Numbered from the stretch's first letter, positions 50,140 to 60,062 are shown. The stretch: DNA of 64,000 bases from an uncultured Acidobacteriota bacterium (GCA_963836075.1 CAWIIB010000009.1:1344001-1408000); one strand, 5' to 3'. Notes: a model not told the origin generated them from the letters alone. Numbers and translations are program-made.

Positions 50140-52224
50140 TCAGAACCGTCCCGCCGCCACGTTGGTTCCGTGGGTCAGGCCCTCGAAGGCATCGATGGCC
50201 ATCCACTCCACCACCTCGCCCTGGAAGTAGCTGAAGACCTTGACCTCGGTATCAGCCTCCGGATCGGGGCCGCGGCCGGCGATCACGTCGTCGAGGCCGT
50301 CGCCGTTGATGTCGGTGCCGGCAAAGACGTTGACCCCGTAGCTCTGGGAACCGGTCAGCCAGGCAAAGAAACTGAAGTCCGACAGGGGAGTGACAGTGTC
50401 GCCGTCGTAGTTCCAGCCGCGGACATGGGGACCGAAAATCGCCCCCGGTCCAGCGCCGGTGACGATCTCGTCGATGCCGTCGCCGTCCACATCACCGCAA
50501 CTGACGTTGACACCATATTTCAGAGTGCCGTAAGCAAAGAAGCTGACACTGGGGATAGCCGAGACCGCAGGGTTGCCGTCGATGTTCCAGCCCCTGACGT
50601 GTGGGCCGTACACTGCACCTGGGCCAGCGCCGGTGACGATCTCGTCGTAACCGTCGCCATCCAAGTCCCCGGCCGATACGTTCACCCCCCACTTGGGTGT
50701 GCCGTAGGCGAAGTAGCTCACCCCAGGATAGGGGGTGACACCGGAAGCGCCGTTGTGAACCCATCCGCGGACGTGGGGACCGAACACCGCACCGGGACCG
50801 GCGCCGGTGATGATCTCATCGCTGCCGTCACCGTTCAGGTCTCCGGTCGCCACATTGACGCCGTATTTGTTCGTACCGTAGGCCAGGAAGTTGAGGCCGG
50901 GGATTGTGCTGCCGTCCTTGCTGAACCCCCGTACATGCGGCCCGTAGATATCGCCGGGCCCGGGGCCGGTCAGGACTTCATCGACGGTGTCCCCATCTAC
51001 GTCACCGCTGGTCACGTTGGTCCCGTAGTGGGTCGGGCCGTAGGCTTTGAACTCGTATTCCAGAAAGCCGCCATGATCCGGGACATAGACGCGAACTGAT
51101 GGATGGTTGTCGTATCCGGGGCCGGGAGAGGCCAGCAGGCGGACCCGCGTAGGGGTGGACGGGTGGTGATACCCCATGTCCCGGACACCGGTGTCCGGTT
51201 CGTGGTCGGTTCGGGTGGTACCGTCGGGGGCCCAGGCCGGGTCGCCGGCGTCGACGCAGGGGCTATCTTCTGCCTGGCCGGACGCGAGCTGGCTCAGATA
51301 CCAGTCTCCTTCAGGCCCTTCGGCAAAGAGCGGATCAGCTTCGATGATCCCGGGACCAGGATCGAGAATGGAGCCATCCTCGATGTACCAGTTCCCTCCA
51401 GAACAGAGGTAGCTATAGCTGAAGCTGTAGGAAGAGCCATAGCCTGCAAGATAGGCTTCGTCGCTCGGCAGGGGGTATTCCAGTTCGGCATCATTGCCCC
51501 AGATGATACAGTTGTCCATCGTCATGCTACCGGAGACATATATCCCACCACCTACGTCAATGCAATAATTCTGGCTGATCGTGCAGCCGTTTGCCGTCGG
51601 GTTCCCGCTTCCGGTGAAAATACCGCCACCACCATCGAAGGCGTCATTTTCCGTCACCAGGCAATTCCGGGCCTCCACCTCACCACTGAGGAACAGACCC
51701 CCGCCGCGATCTGCATAGTTGTCGCGGAAGACGCAGTCGGCGATCAGTCCGCCCGATTCAGAGGTCACATTGCAGCCCCCGCCGTAAAAGGCTCCGTGAT
51801 TGTTGGTGAAGATACATCCGCTGATCAGCGGAGCGGCCCCGTCAATCAGGATGCCGCCGCCTCCCTCCGCATGCCAGGGATCGACAGCGATACCGTTGCG
51901 GATGGTGAAGCCCCGGACCACGGAATCAAGGCCCTCCCCACTGTGGAAGTGGAAACCGCGCCCCTGCGACTCGCAATCGATGATGCAGTTCTGCGGGCCG
52001 TTGAGGGAGCCCACCGTGATCGGCTTGCCGTTGAAGTCGAGGTCACGGTTCCCGGGGCCGGTCCAGACACCATCGGCAACGAGCACCACATCACCGTCCA
52101 CGGCGTCGTCGATCCCCACCTGAATGGTCGGCTGGTCAGCGGGGACGTGGATGACGCCGGCAGTGACGGCTGCGGGTGCAAGACACAGGGTACAGAGCAT
52201 GAAGAGCGCAAGAAGGATTCTCAT
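50140..52224 (-). CDS. Secreted parallel beta-helix repeat protein with C-terminal FG-GAP repeats
   Basis: Signal peptide, HVPADQPTIQ, GGG/N-rich repeats, DSPCVDAG, 4-5 GVNVxxGDxDGDGxDE repeats. Confidence 0.85.
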   Translation of the reverse strand: MRILLALFMLCTLCLAPAAVTAGVIHVPADQPTIQVGIDDAVDGDVVLVADGVWTGPGNRDLDFNGKPITVGSLNGPQNCIIDCESQGRGFHFHSGEGLDSVVRGFTIRNGIAVDPWHAEGGGGILIDGAAPLISGCIFTNNHGAFYGGGCNVTSESGGLIADCVFRDNYADRGGGLFLSGEVEARNCLVTENDAFDGGGGIFTGSGNPTANGCTISQNYCIDVGGGIYVSGSMTMDNCIIWGNDAELEYPLPSDEAYLAGYGSSYSFSYSYLCSGGNWYIEDGSILDPGPGIIEADPLFAEGPEGDWYLSQLASGQAEDSPCVDAGDPAWAPDGTTRTDHEPDTGVRDMGYHHPSTPTRVRLLASPGPGYDNHPSVRVYVPDHGGFLEYEFKAYGPTHYGTNVTSGDVDGDTVDEVLTGPGPGDIYGPHVRGFSKDGSTIPGLNFLAYGTNKYGVNVATGDLNGDGSDEIITGAGPGAVFGPHVRGWVHNGASGVTPYPGVSYFAYGTPKWGVNVSAGDLDGDGYDEIVTGAGPGAVYGPHVRGWNIDGNPAVSAIPSVSFFAYGTLKYGVNVSCGDVDGDGIDEIVTGAGPGAIFGPHVRGWNYDGDTVTPLSDFSFFAWLTGSQSYGVNVFAGTDINGDGLDDVIAGRGPDPEADTEVKVFSYFQGEVVEWMAIDAFEGLTHGTNVAAGRF

Positions 52225-52758
52225 AGCAAACCTCTGGGTTTGGCTTTCAGCCATCTTGTGACAGTACGGTGAATGGCTCAACTGCTGGTGTACATCGAAA
52301 GTACTGTATTGTCCATGAAAAGCTGGTGCTGCTGTGATCGACCGGTATCTCACCGTCTCGATTGTTCAGATATTCCTGGATCTTAGTCGAAAAGGCAAAC
52401 TGTGGTCTATGAAGGGCGTCCCGCCTTAATGAGGACTAGGGTGCATGGAAAAAGTTCGGGGCCGGGTGTGATGATTGCGATACGGTGTTGATACCGCAGG
52501 ATTGTGCACCAGTGCCGTATGGTGGACGTGACAGGGCGGACCGGGGACAGGCACAGTTGTGATCAGCGCCAGGCGGTTCCAAGGTCAGGAGGTAGTAGGA
52601 GAAACAACCTGGAGGAAGTTTTTCCTAGACTTTCCGGCCGCTGTTGGTGATGCTGACTCAACGGTTTTTCTGAGCAACTCCAGTTCCTTCAGCCACTCCT
52701 CGATCTGGTTCCAACTGGGAGCCACGTGGCTCGCCATTATTATGGGATCGGAGGGTGC

Positions 52759-53484
52759 TCACTCGTCCTCGTGGTCGAAGATGTAGCCCACCGAGCGGAG
52801 GCTCTTGAAGAATAACGGCTTCTTCGGGTCTTCCTCGAAATATTTGCGCAGGCGGACGATGAAGTTGTCCACGGTGCGGGTAGTGCTCCCCCGGGCAAAG
52901 CCCCAGCCGATCTCCAGGATCCGCTGGCGGGAGAGCGGCGTGCCGCGGTTGGCGATAAACAGTTTGAGCAGCTTGGCCTCCTGGTCGGTGAGGGTGATAT
53001 CGCCGGACCGGCAGGTGGCGCTCAGGGTGCCGAAGTCGATGGTGTTGCCGCCGAAGCTGTAGGTGCTCGGGGCGGTCTGCTGGCCGGAGGAAGCCTCGTA
53101 GAGCGAGACCCGGGTCAGCAGCCGGTCCACCCGCAGCAGGAACTCGTCCAGGTCGAAGGGCTTGGAGAGGTAGTCGTCCACGCCGTGACTGAAGCCGGCG
53201 ATGCGGTCATCGGTCTCGCCCCGGGCGGAGAGGATCAGGATCGGCAGCCGCTCGTCCTCGAGGCGGATGTTCTGCAGCACGGTCAGCCCGTCCATCACCG
53301 GCAGCATGATGTCCAGCACTATCAGATGGGGCTGCCACTCCCGCCACGCATTGAGCCCGGATAACCCATCGGTGGCCACCCGCACCTCGTGACCCTTGAG
53401 TGAGAGGTTGAGCTTGAGGCCCTCGGCCATGTGCGCCTCGTCCTCGACGACCAGGATCCTTTTGTTTTGCACGTCTTCGGGCAT
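52759..53484 (-). CDS. OmpR-family response regulator
   Basis: VEDE, LDIMLP, DDYLSKPF, TRTVDNFIVRLR. Confidence 0.92.
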   Translation of the reverse strand: MPEDVQNKRILVVEDEAHMAEGLKLNLSLKGHEVRVATDGLSGLNAWREWQPHLIVLDIMLPVMDGLTVLQNIRLEDERLPILILSARGETDDRIAGFSHGVDDYLSKPFDLDEFLLRVDRLLTRVSLYEASSGQQTAPSTYSFGGNTIDFGTLSATCRSGDITLTDQEAKLLKLFIANRGTPLSRQRILEIGWGFARGSTTRTVDNFIVRLRKYFEEDPKKPLFFKSLRSVGYIFDHEDE

Positions 53485-53495
53485 GGTTCTCCTCG

Positions 53496-54452
53496 TCAGT
53501 CACCGGTGGAGTAGGGCAGGAACAGGGTGAACACCGAACCGCCCTCCTTGCGTGGTGCGGCATGGATCTTACCCTTGTGCCTCTGGGCGATCAGCTCCAC
53601 CAGGTAGAGACCCAGGCCGGTTCCCCGGGCCGAGCGGTCCTCGGCGCTGCCGGTCTGGTAGAACTTGCGAAACACTTTCTTCCGCTCGGCCTTGGCGATG
53701 CCGATGCCGTTGTCCTCGAAACGGATGTGAACCCCGCGGCGTCCGGGGGAGAAGACCATGTCCAGCCTGGGCTGTTTCGAGCGGTTGTACTTCGTGGCGT
53801 TGGTGAAGAGGTTGATCAGCAGGATCTCGAAGAGGTCCCGGTTCAGACGGCAGGTGAAGGTCCGCCCCGAGGGGTTGTGCAGCTCCGACCGGCAGTTCTC
53901 GAAGAGGTGGGCGTTCTTTTTCCGGAACCGCTCAACTTCCTTCAGCAGGTCGACGTTCTCGAACTCGCCGGCCCAGGTGCGGCTCTCGATGCGGGCCAGG
54001 TTGAGGATCCGGGAGATGTTGTGCGTCAGCCGGTCCGCGTCGCCGATCATGTAGTCGAGGTATTTCAGCTGTTCTTCCCGGGTCAGTTCATACTTGCGCA
54101 TGGTCTCCAGGTAGAGCTTTGTCGAAGCCACCGGCGTGCGCAGTTCGTGGGTGAAGTTCCCGATGAAGTTGCGCTGCAGGCGGTAGAGCTGGTTCGTTTT
54201 CTGGTGGTAGACGAAGATGATGAAGAAGCCGAGGAGGATGATTCCCACCAGGATGGAAAGGACCAGGATCACCACCCAGGTCTGGGGGGCCAGCACCTGC
54301 TCCGGGTCGAGGTTGGCCCGGTTGATCACGCTCTGCAGCCCCTCGCTGGCCTCCACATACCAGTAGATGTAGAGGAAGAGCGAGAGCCCCACCGCCAGGA
54401 TGGAGAGTACCAGAACGATGATGGGATGGAAAAACCACCGGACTCGAGTCAT
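53496..54452 (-). CDS. Sensor histidine kinase with two TMs and a very short periplasmic loop
   Basis: FTHELRTP, NLFTNATKY, DNGIG, GTGLGL. Confidence 0.92.
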   Translation of the reverse strand: MTRVRWFFHPIIVLVLSILAVGLSLFLYIYWYVEASEGLQSVINRANLDPEQVLAPQTWVVILVLSILVGIILLGFFIIFVYHQKTNQLYRLQRNFIGNFTHELRTPVASTKLYLETMRKYELTREEQLKYLDYMIGDADRLTHNISRILNLARIESRTWAGEFENVDLLKEVERFRKKNAHLFENCRSELHNPSGRTFTCRLNRDLFEILLINLFTNATKYNRSKQPRLDMVFSPGRRGVHIRFEDNGIGIAKAERKKVFRKFYQTGSAEDRSARGTGLGLYLVELIAQRHKGKIHAAPRKEGGSVFTLFLPYSTGD

Positions 54453-54475
54453 GGCGTTTTGCCCGCCGGGATGAA

Positions 54476-54494
54476 TGTAAAACTATTGTAAAAC
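54476..54494. promoter_or_regulatory. Putative OmpR-family binding site
   Basis: TGTAAAAC direct repeat at 54476 and 54487 (11-bp period) between divergent genes. Confidence 0.6.
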
Positions 54495-54589
54495 AAGCGT
54501 TTCCGCTTTCATCCGCCTTCGCCGGAACCTACTATGACTGTGGAAACCGAAATCGTCAATATCATTTCTCAAGCTGGCGGAGAATCATT

Positions 54590-56356
54590 GTGAACCAGTC
54601 GTACCCCGTCCATCCCCTCGGCACCAGGGCCAGGGTGCTGCTGACCTCGGTCTACGGGCCCTATGCCCGGGACGACGAGGACGGCAGCCGTTCGATCAAC
54701 CCCATGGAGCTCTACCACAACCAGGTGACCCGCACCCAGGGGACTTTCTCCCTGCGGATGTTCCACCGCTCCTTCGGCCTGATGCTGCTCCAGGCGAACA
54801 TGGACGCGCCCTGCACCCTGATCGACTTCCCCACCCTGGAAAGCTTCACCGCCCAGCTCGAGGCGGAACAGTACGACGTGGTGGGCATCAGTTCGATCAT
54901 CGTCAACGTGGGCAAGGCGAAGAAGATGTGCGACCTGGTGCGCAAGCACCAGCCCCGGGCCACCATCGTGGTGGGCGGCCACATCGCCAACCGGGACGGC
55001 ATCGAGGAGATGCTGGACGCCGACCACATCGTCCGCGGGGACGGGGTCCGCTGGTTCCGCCAGTTCCTCGGTCAGGATGTGGAGGCTCCGGTGAAGCACC
55101 CGGCGGTGATCTCCGGTTTCGGCACCCGGATCATGGGCATCAAGCTGCCCGAAAATCCGTCCGGCACGGCGGCGATCCTCATCCCCTCGGTGGGCTGCCC
55201 CGTGGGCTGCAACTTCTGCTCCACCTCGGCCATGTTCGGCGGCAAGGGCAAGTTCCTCAACTTTTACGAGACCGGCGACGAGCTGTTCAACGTCATGGCC
55301 GGCATCGAGACGGAGCTGAAGACCCGCTCCTTCTTCATTCTTGACGAGAACTTCCTGCTGCAGCGGAACCGGGCCCTGCGCCTGCTGGAGCTGATGGAGC
55401 GGGAAGGGAAGAGCTGGTCGCTCTATGTCTTCAGTTCCATCCGGGTGCTCAGGTCCTACAGCATCGAGCAACTGATCGGCCTGGGAGTTTCCTGGATCTG
55501 GACCGGGCTGGAAGGGGAGAACAGCCAGTACGGCAAGCTGAAGGGTGTTGACACAAAGGAGTATGTCCGCCTGCTCCAGTCCCACGGCATGCGGGTCCTC
55601 GGCTCCTCGATCATCGGCCTGGAAAACCACACCCCGGAGAATATGGACCAGGTGATCGACCACGCGGTGGGACACGACACCGACTTCCACCAGTTCATGC
55701 TCTACACACCGGTGTCCGGCACGCCGCTGCACCGGGAGCACCGTGACCAGGGCACCCTGCTGCCCGAGACAGAGTTTCCGGTGGCCGACGCCCACGGGCA
55801 ATTCCGCTTCAACTACCGCCACCCCCATATCACCGGCGGTCAGGAGGAACAGTTCCTCATCGATGCCTTCCAGCGCGATTTCGAGGTCAACGGCCCCAGC
55901 CTGGCCCGGCTGATCCGCACCACCCTTGACGGCTGGGTGCGTTACCACAAGCACCCGGACAAACGGATCCGTCGCAACTACAGCCGCGACGGCATGCTGC
56001 TCCGCACATCCTATGCCGGCGCCGTCTGGGCCATGCACCGCCACCTCCGGGGAAACGATCGCCTGGAAAAGAAACTGGGGGACCTGCTGAAGCGCTTCCA
56101 CAGTGAATTCGGCTGGACCACCCGGGTGATGGCCGCGGCCATCGGGCGCTACATCCTCTTCATGCTCCGGCGGGAGGAGAAGCGGCTGGCTCGGGGCTGG
56201 ACCTACGAGCCGAACACGCTGGTGGAAAAGAACGACGCGGCGCTGGCCCTGGAAAAGGACGCCCCGGTGCCGTCACAGACGGTCAAGCCAAAGGTACCCT
56301 GGGTCACCGGCGAACTGGTGCCGGTGCCAATACCGGCAAAGAACGTCCGCGGTTAG
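54590..56356 (+). CDS. Cobalamin-binding radical SAM protein
   Basis: VVGGH, GDG, GCPVGCNFC, LDENF. Confidence 0.88.
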   Translation: MNQSYPVHPLGTRARVLLTSVYGPYARDDEDGSRSINPMELYHNQVTRTQGTFSLRMFHRSFGLMLLQANMDAPCTLIDFPTLESFTAQLEAEQYDVVGISSIIVNVGKAKKMCDLVRKHQPRATIVVGGHIANRDGIEEMLDADHIVRGDGVRWFRQFLGQDVEAPVKHPAVISGFGTRIMGIKLPENPSGTAAILIPSVGCPVGCNFCSTSAMFGGKGKFLNFYETGDELFNVMAGIETELKTRSFFILDENFLLQRNRALRLLELMEREGKSWSLYVFSSIRVLRSYSIEQLIGLGVSWIWTGLEGENSQYGKLKGVDTKEYVRLLQSHGMRVLGSSIIGLENHTPENMDQVIDHAVGHDTDFHQFMLYTPVSGTPLHREHRDQGTLLPETEFPVADAHGQFRFNYRHPHITGGQEEQFLIDAFQRDFEVNGPSLARLIRTTLDGWVRYHKHPDKRIRRNYSRDGMLLRTSYAGAVWAMHRHLRGNDRLEKKLGDLLKRFHSEFGWTTRVMAAAIGRYILFMLRREEKRLARGWTYEPNTLVEKNDAALALEKDAPVPSQTVKPKVPWVTGELVPVPIPAKNVRG

Positions 56357-57111
56357 CGCTTGCCTCCCGGAAAGTCCTCGTCGCGGTGCTCGCTGTCATG
56401 GTAGGTGACCACCGGGCGGGTGAGCGGGCCGTCGGTGTAGTCGAGGTAGGTCTCGTCCCCGTGGGAGTAAGCCCACTCGATCCAGCGGCGGATGGTGCGG
56501 CTCTCGATATACTGCGGCTGGATCTTCTCCCTGCGGTTCACTTCATAATGGCTGTCCAGGTGCATTTCCAGCTGGGCGTGGGCCGCGGTGTAGGCCCAGC
56601 GGTCCGAGGGTCCGTGGGCCAGCTCCATCTCGGTACAGCCCCGCTTGAGGATCACGCCGGTGCCCTCGCCAAGGCTGGCTTCCACCTCGGCGCGCACGGT
56701 CTGGTACAGCTCCCGCGCGCCCTTCAGCCCTTCGCTGATCGGGCAATACCAGTATGCCCCGTACAGCGCGTGAACGTGCTCCCGCTCCTCGATGCCGCAC
56801 TTTGACGGCCGGTCGAGTTTCTTCTGGATCTCGCGGACCTTGAACAGGTCGCGCAGGGTCTTCGGCCGGACCACCACCTTGAAGCAGTGGTGGCAGTTCT
56901 GGGGGATGAACCCGTAGAGCTTGGAGTAGACGGTGGAGTGCCGGGTGCACTCCCGGTCCCCGGCCAGGCGCTGGTGGACCCAGGGCGTGTCATCCACAAG
57001 CTTTTCGGTGACCACGATCTTCTCGTCGGTCAGCTCCACGGCCTTGTTCTTCACGTCCGCGGCGATGGGATCCACCACGTCCATGGCCTTCATCTTCTCG
57101 TACAGTCCCAT
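56353..57111 (-). CDS. Cys-rich hypothetical protein
   Basis: Coding-like codon use from ATG 57111; CHHCFKV, KCGIE, YWYC, KRGCTE motifs. Confidence 0.75.
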   Translation of the reverse strand: MGLYEKMKAMDVVDPIAADVKNKAVELTDEKIVVTEKLVDDTPWVHQRLAGDRECTRHSTVYSKLYGFIPQNCHHCFKVVVRPKTLRDLFKVREIQKKLDRPSKCGIEEREHVHALYGAYWYCPISEGLKGARELYQTVRAEVEASLGEGTGVILKRGCTEMELAHGPSDRWAYTAAHAQLEMHLDSHYEVNRREKIQPQYIESRTIRRWIEWAYSHGDETYLDYTDGPLTRPVVTYHDSEHRDEDFPGGKR

Positions 57112-57319
57112 GATCCTCGCCTCGTGCTGAAGGGAGCAGGGGCTGGCGCCCGCGGCGCCTGCCGGGAACCGCTCCTGATCTCTGGTCGCTTGGGGGCCGA
57201 CCCATGGGTGCGGGCGGCGAACTCCATTATACTCAATTCCTGCCCTGGCGGGGCGGCGGCCGCAGTATGACGGAAGTGGTATAATTTGCCGGTCGACACA
57301 GTACCGGAGTGAGCGAACC

Positions 57320-57796
57320 GTGACCGTGACAAAACGAGAACTGACGCTGGGCCTGCTGGTGGCGGCACTGGCGCTGCTGGTCTGGTACCTGGTGCCCTCC
57401 GAAGAGGACCGGATCCTCGAGCGGCTGGAGCAGGCCGCCCGGGCCCTGGAGCGGGAGGACGCCGGCGGGGTGATGTCGGTGATCGATGTCGAACGGTTCA
57501 CCGATCCCATCGGCGCGTACGACCCGAGGGAAATGGAGAATGGCCTGGTCAAGGCATTCCAGATGTTTGACAATATCGAAGTGATCATGGAAAAGCCGAG
57601 GATTCGCATCGAGGAGGGCAAGAAGCGCGCCCTGGTCACCCTCCGTTTCGTGATCACCGGGATATACGAGGGGCAGTTCGGTTTTATCGTGGGCACGACC
57701 CAGGAGACCGCGCTGGCCCGGTTCACCATGGAAAAGAACCCCGAGGCCGGCTGGCAGGTGGTGGAACTCACCGCGGCCAAACTCCCCGGGATCTGA
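57320..57796 (+). CDS. Membrane-anchored hypothetical protein, possibly NTF2-like fold
   Basis: N-terminal TM, helices followed by beta-strands ending GWQVV. Confidence 0.6.
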   Translation: MTVTKRELTLGLLVAALALLVWYLVPSEEDRILERLEQAARALEREDAGGVMSVIDVERFTDPIGAYDPREMENGLVKAFQMFDNIEVIMEKPRIRIEEGKKRALVTLRFVITGIYEGQFGFIVGTTQETALARFTMEKNPEAGWQVVELTAAKLPGI

Positions 57797-57805
57797 GATA
57801 CCTCA

Positions 57806-60055
57806 ATGCAGAGTGCCGTTTCAGGAAAACGCGTCCAACGGGCGGCTGCCTGGGTCCTGGGCCTGGTGCTGCTGGCCACGCCCGGTTGCGGCGGGCCGGC
57901 TGAACCGCCGCTGGAGCTCGAGCAGGGGTTCCTGCCGCTGGCCGGGGACGGGGTGGAGGTGCGTCCGGCCATGGTGGGCAAGGAGCGGCGGCCCACCCTC
58001 AGTCTGAAGGACGGGGAGACCTTCCTCTCACCCTGGGCCCGCCTGCCCCGTGGCGCGGTTCTGGAACTGGGCTACGGGTTTTTCCGACCACCTTTTGGCA
58101 GCTCCCTCCGTTCGGATGAAGAGGCGCTTACACCGCCCCGGGCCCGGTTCGAGGTCCGCCTGCTGACCACCGGCGGCCGGGCCGCCCGGCTGGTGGGCCG
58201 GACGCTGGACGCCGGGAAGTCGATGGAGTGGACCGACCGCCAGGTGGATCTCTCTTCCTGGGCCGGGGCAATGGTCCGGCTGGAGCTGCGTGCCACATTG
58301 CTGGACATCCCGGCCGATGGCGCCGGACCGATCCTGCCGGTCTGGTCGGTGCCGCGGCTGCTGGCCCCGGTGGAGAACCGGTCCCCTGTGGATGAAGGGC
58401 GGCTGCTGCTGCTGGTGTCGCTGGACACACTCCGCGCCGATGCCATGGGGGCATACGGGACCAGCCGGATGACCAGCCCCTGCCTCGACAAACTGGCCCG
58501 GGAGGCGGTGCAATACAGTACCTGCCTCACCCCCTCGCCCTGGACCCGGCCGTCCCACATGTCGCTGCTCACCTCGCTCTACCCCCACGTTCACGGCCTG
58601 GACAAACGAAACAACCTCAGCCTCAGTGACTCCTTTGCCACCCTGGCCGAGGTCCTGGAGCAGGACGGCTTCTGGACCACGGCGATCACCGGGGGGGGCT
58701 ATCTCTACCCGACCCACGGGTTCGAACGGGGGTTCCAGTATTACCGGGCATCCGGTTCCAACTTTAGCGGCGCCTCCCGGCTGGCTCGGCACTGGATCCG
58801 GCGCTGGAAGGGGCTGGATCTTTTCCTCTTCCTCCACACCTATGCCGTCCACGAGCCGTATAACCGGATGGGGAACTACCAGTATCACAGCGCCGGCCTG
58901 CCCAACCCCACCGAGGGCAGTCTGCCCAGGCCGGGCGACCCGGTGCTGCCCCGGGTCAGCAAACGCCTCCGCCTGCTTTACGACGACGGCCTGCTCCATG
59001 CCGACCACTGCCTCGGCATGCTGTTCAAGCGGATGAAGCAGGAGGGGCTCTGGGACCGGTCGATGATCATCGTGGTGTCGGACCACGGGGAGATGTTCAT
59101 GGAACATGGCCGGCTGGGCCACTCCACCCGGCTCCACGAGGAACTGCTGCGGGTGCCGCTGCTGATCAAGTACCCCCGCGGCGCCGAGGCGCGGGGGGCG
59201 CCGCCCCCCGGCACGGTGGTTCACGAGCCGGCGGAACTGCTGGACGTTCTGCCCACCGTGGTGGCGGCCTACGGCATCGATACCCCGGCGGCGGGGCAGT
59301 TCCAGGGGCGAAGCCTGGTGGACGGCGAGGGCCGCGGCTGGCAGTATGCGGAGACATATGTGGGCAAGAAGGAGCGCCGGACGGTGCGGGCCGACCAGAT
59401 CAAGTACCTGATCAACCGCACCGACAGCGTGGAAGAAGTCTTTGACCTGAACTACGATCCCGGTGAGCGGAGGGATCTGGCTGCCGGCGGCTGGGGGGGC
59501 GAGGTCTACGGCGGGCGGCTGCTGCTGGGCCTGGCCGAATCCCTGGGACAGGAAGGCCTGCACCTGGCCGTGGGCTGGCCGGCCAACGGTCATGGCGGGG
59601 GGCGGATCCGGGGCCTGCTGGAGGCGGACAGCGACATCCTGTCGGTCACCGCCAATTTCCCGCGGGAGGCGGGCCGGGTGACCCTGGCGCCGTCGGGGCG
59701 GGAGGTCCGTTTCGACGTCCGACCCCACATGGTGCCGCTCGATTTCCTGGTGCAGCTGGAAAACCCCGGAGCATCGCTGAGCCTCAGTTTCAATCCGGGG
59801 AAGCAACGGGCCCCCGAGCCGGCACTGTTGATCGGTGAAGGCCAACCCGTCGGCTCCGGTCTGCCCGCCGTTTCCGACGCCCGTTACCGCCTCCGGTGGG
59901 GCCGGGCGCCGGGAGAATTTTCACCGGAGCTGGAGCCGGAGGGCGACGGGCCCTGGATCCAGCTTTACTACCGCCCTTCGCGGGTGGAACAGCAGCCGGC
60001 CCACGCCCCGGAGGAACGCCGGGAGATGCTCAAGGCCCTGGGATACCTGGAGTGA
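57806..60055 (+). CDS. Sulfatase-like hydrolase lipoprotein with extra N- and C-terminal domains
   Basis: TPGC lipobox-like, VSLDTLRAD, WTRPSH, SDHGE, LKALGYLE. Confidence 0.88.
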   Translation: MQSAVSGKRVQRAAAWVLGLVLLATPGCGGPAEPPLELEQGFLPLAGDGVEVRPAMVGKERRPTLSLKDGETFLSPWARLPRGAVLELGYGFFRPPFGSSLRSDEEALTPPRARFEVRLLTTGGRAARLVGRTLDAGKSMEWTDRQVDLSSWAGAMVRLELRATLLDIPADGAGPILPVWSVPRLLAPVENRSPVDEGRLLLLVSLDTLRADAMGAYGTSRMTSPCLDKLAREAVQYSTCLTPSPWTRPSHMSLLTSLYPHVHGLDKRNNLSLSDSFATLAEVLEQDGFWTTAITGGGYLYPTHGFERGFQYYRASGSNFSGASRLARHWIRRWKGLDLFLFLHTYAVHEPYNRMGNYQYHSAGLPNPTEGSLPRPGDPVLPRVSKRLRLLYDDGLLHADHCLGMLFKRMKQEGLWDRSMIIVVSDHGEMFMEHGRLGHSTRLHEELLRVPLLIKYPRGAEARGAPPPGTVVHEPAELLDVLPTVVAAYGIDTPAAGQFQGRSLVDGEGRGWQYAETYVGKKERRTVRADQIKYLINRTDSVEEVFDLNYDPGERRDLAAGGWGGEVYGGRLLLGLAESLGQEGLHLAVGWPANGHGGGRIRGLLEADSDILSVTANFPREAGRVTLAPSGREVRFDVRPHMVPLDFLVQLENPGASLSLSFNPGKQRAPEPALLIGEGQPVGSGLPAVSDARYRLRWGRAPGEFSPELEPEGDGPWIQLYYRPSRVEQQPAHAPEERREMLKALGYLE

Positions 60056-60062
60056 CCATCAC

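Noticed and set aside
50330-51050. Recurring DNA repeats as a possible CRISPR or other array
   Set aside because: Degenerate codon-level repeats of FG-GAP protein motifs; no identical repeats with unique spacers and no cas genes
57112-57996. N-terminal extension of the 547-aa ORF 56353..57996
   Set aside because: Antisense to the plus-strand genes at 57320 and 57806; coding-like sequence starts at 57111
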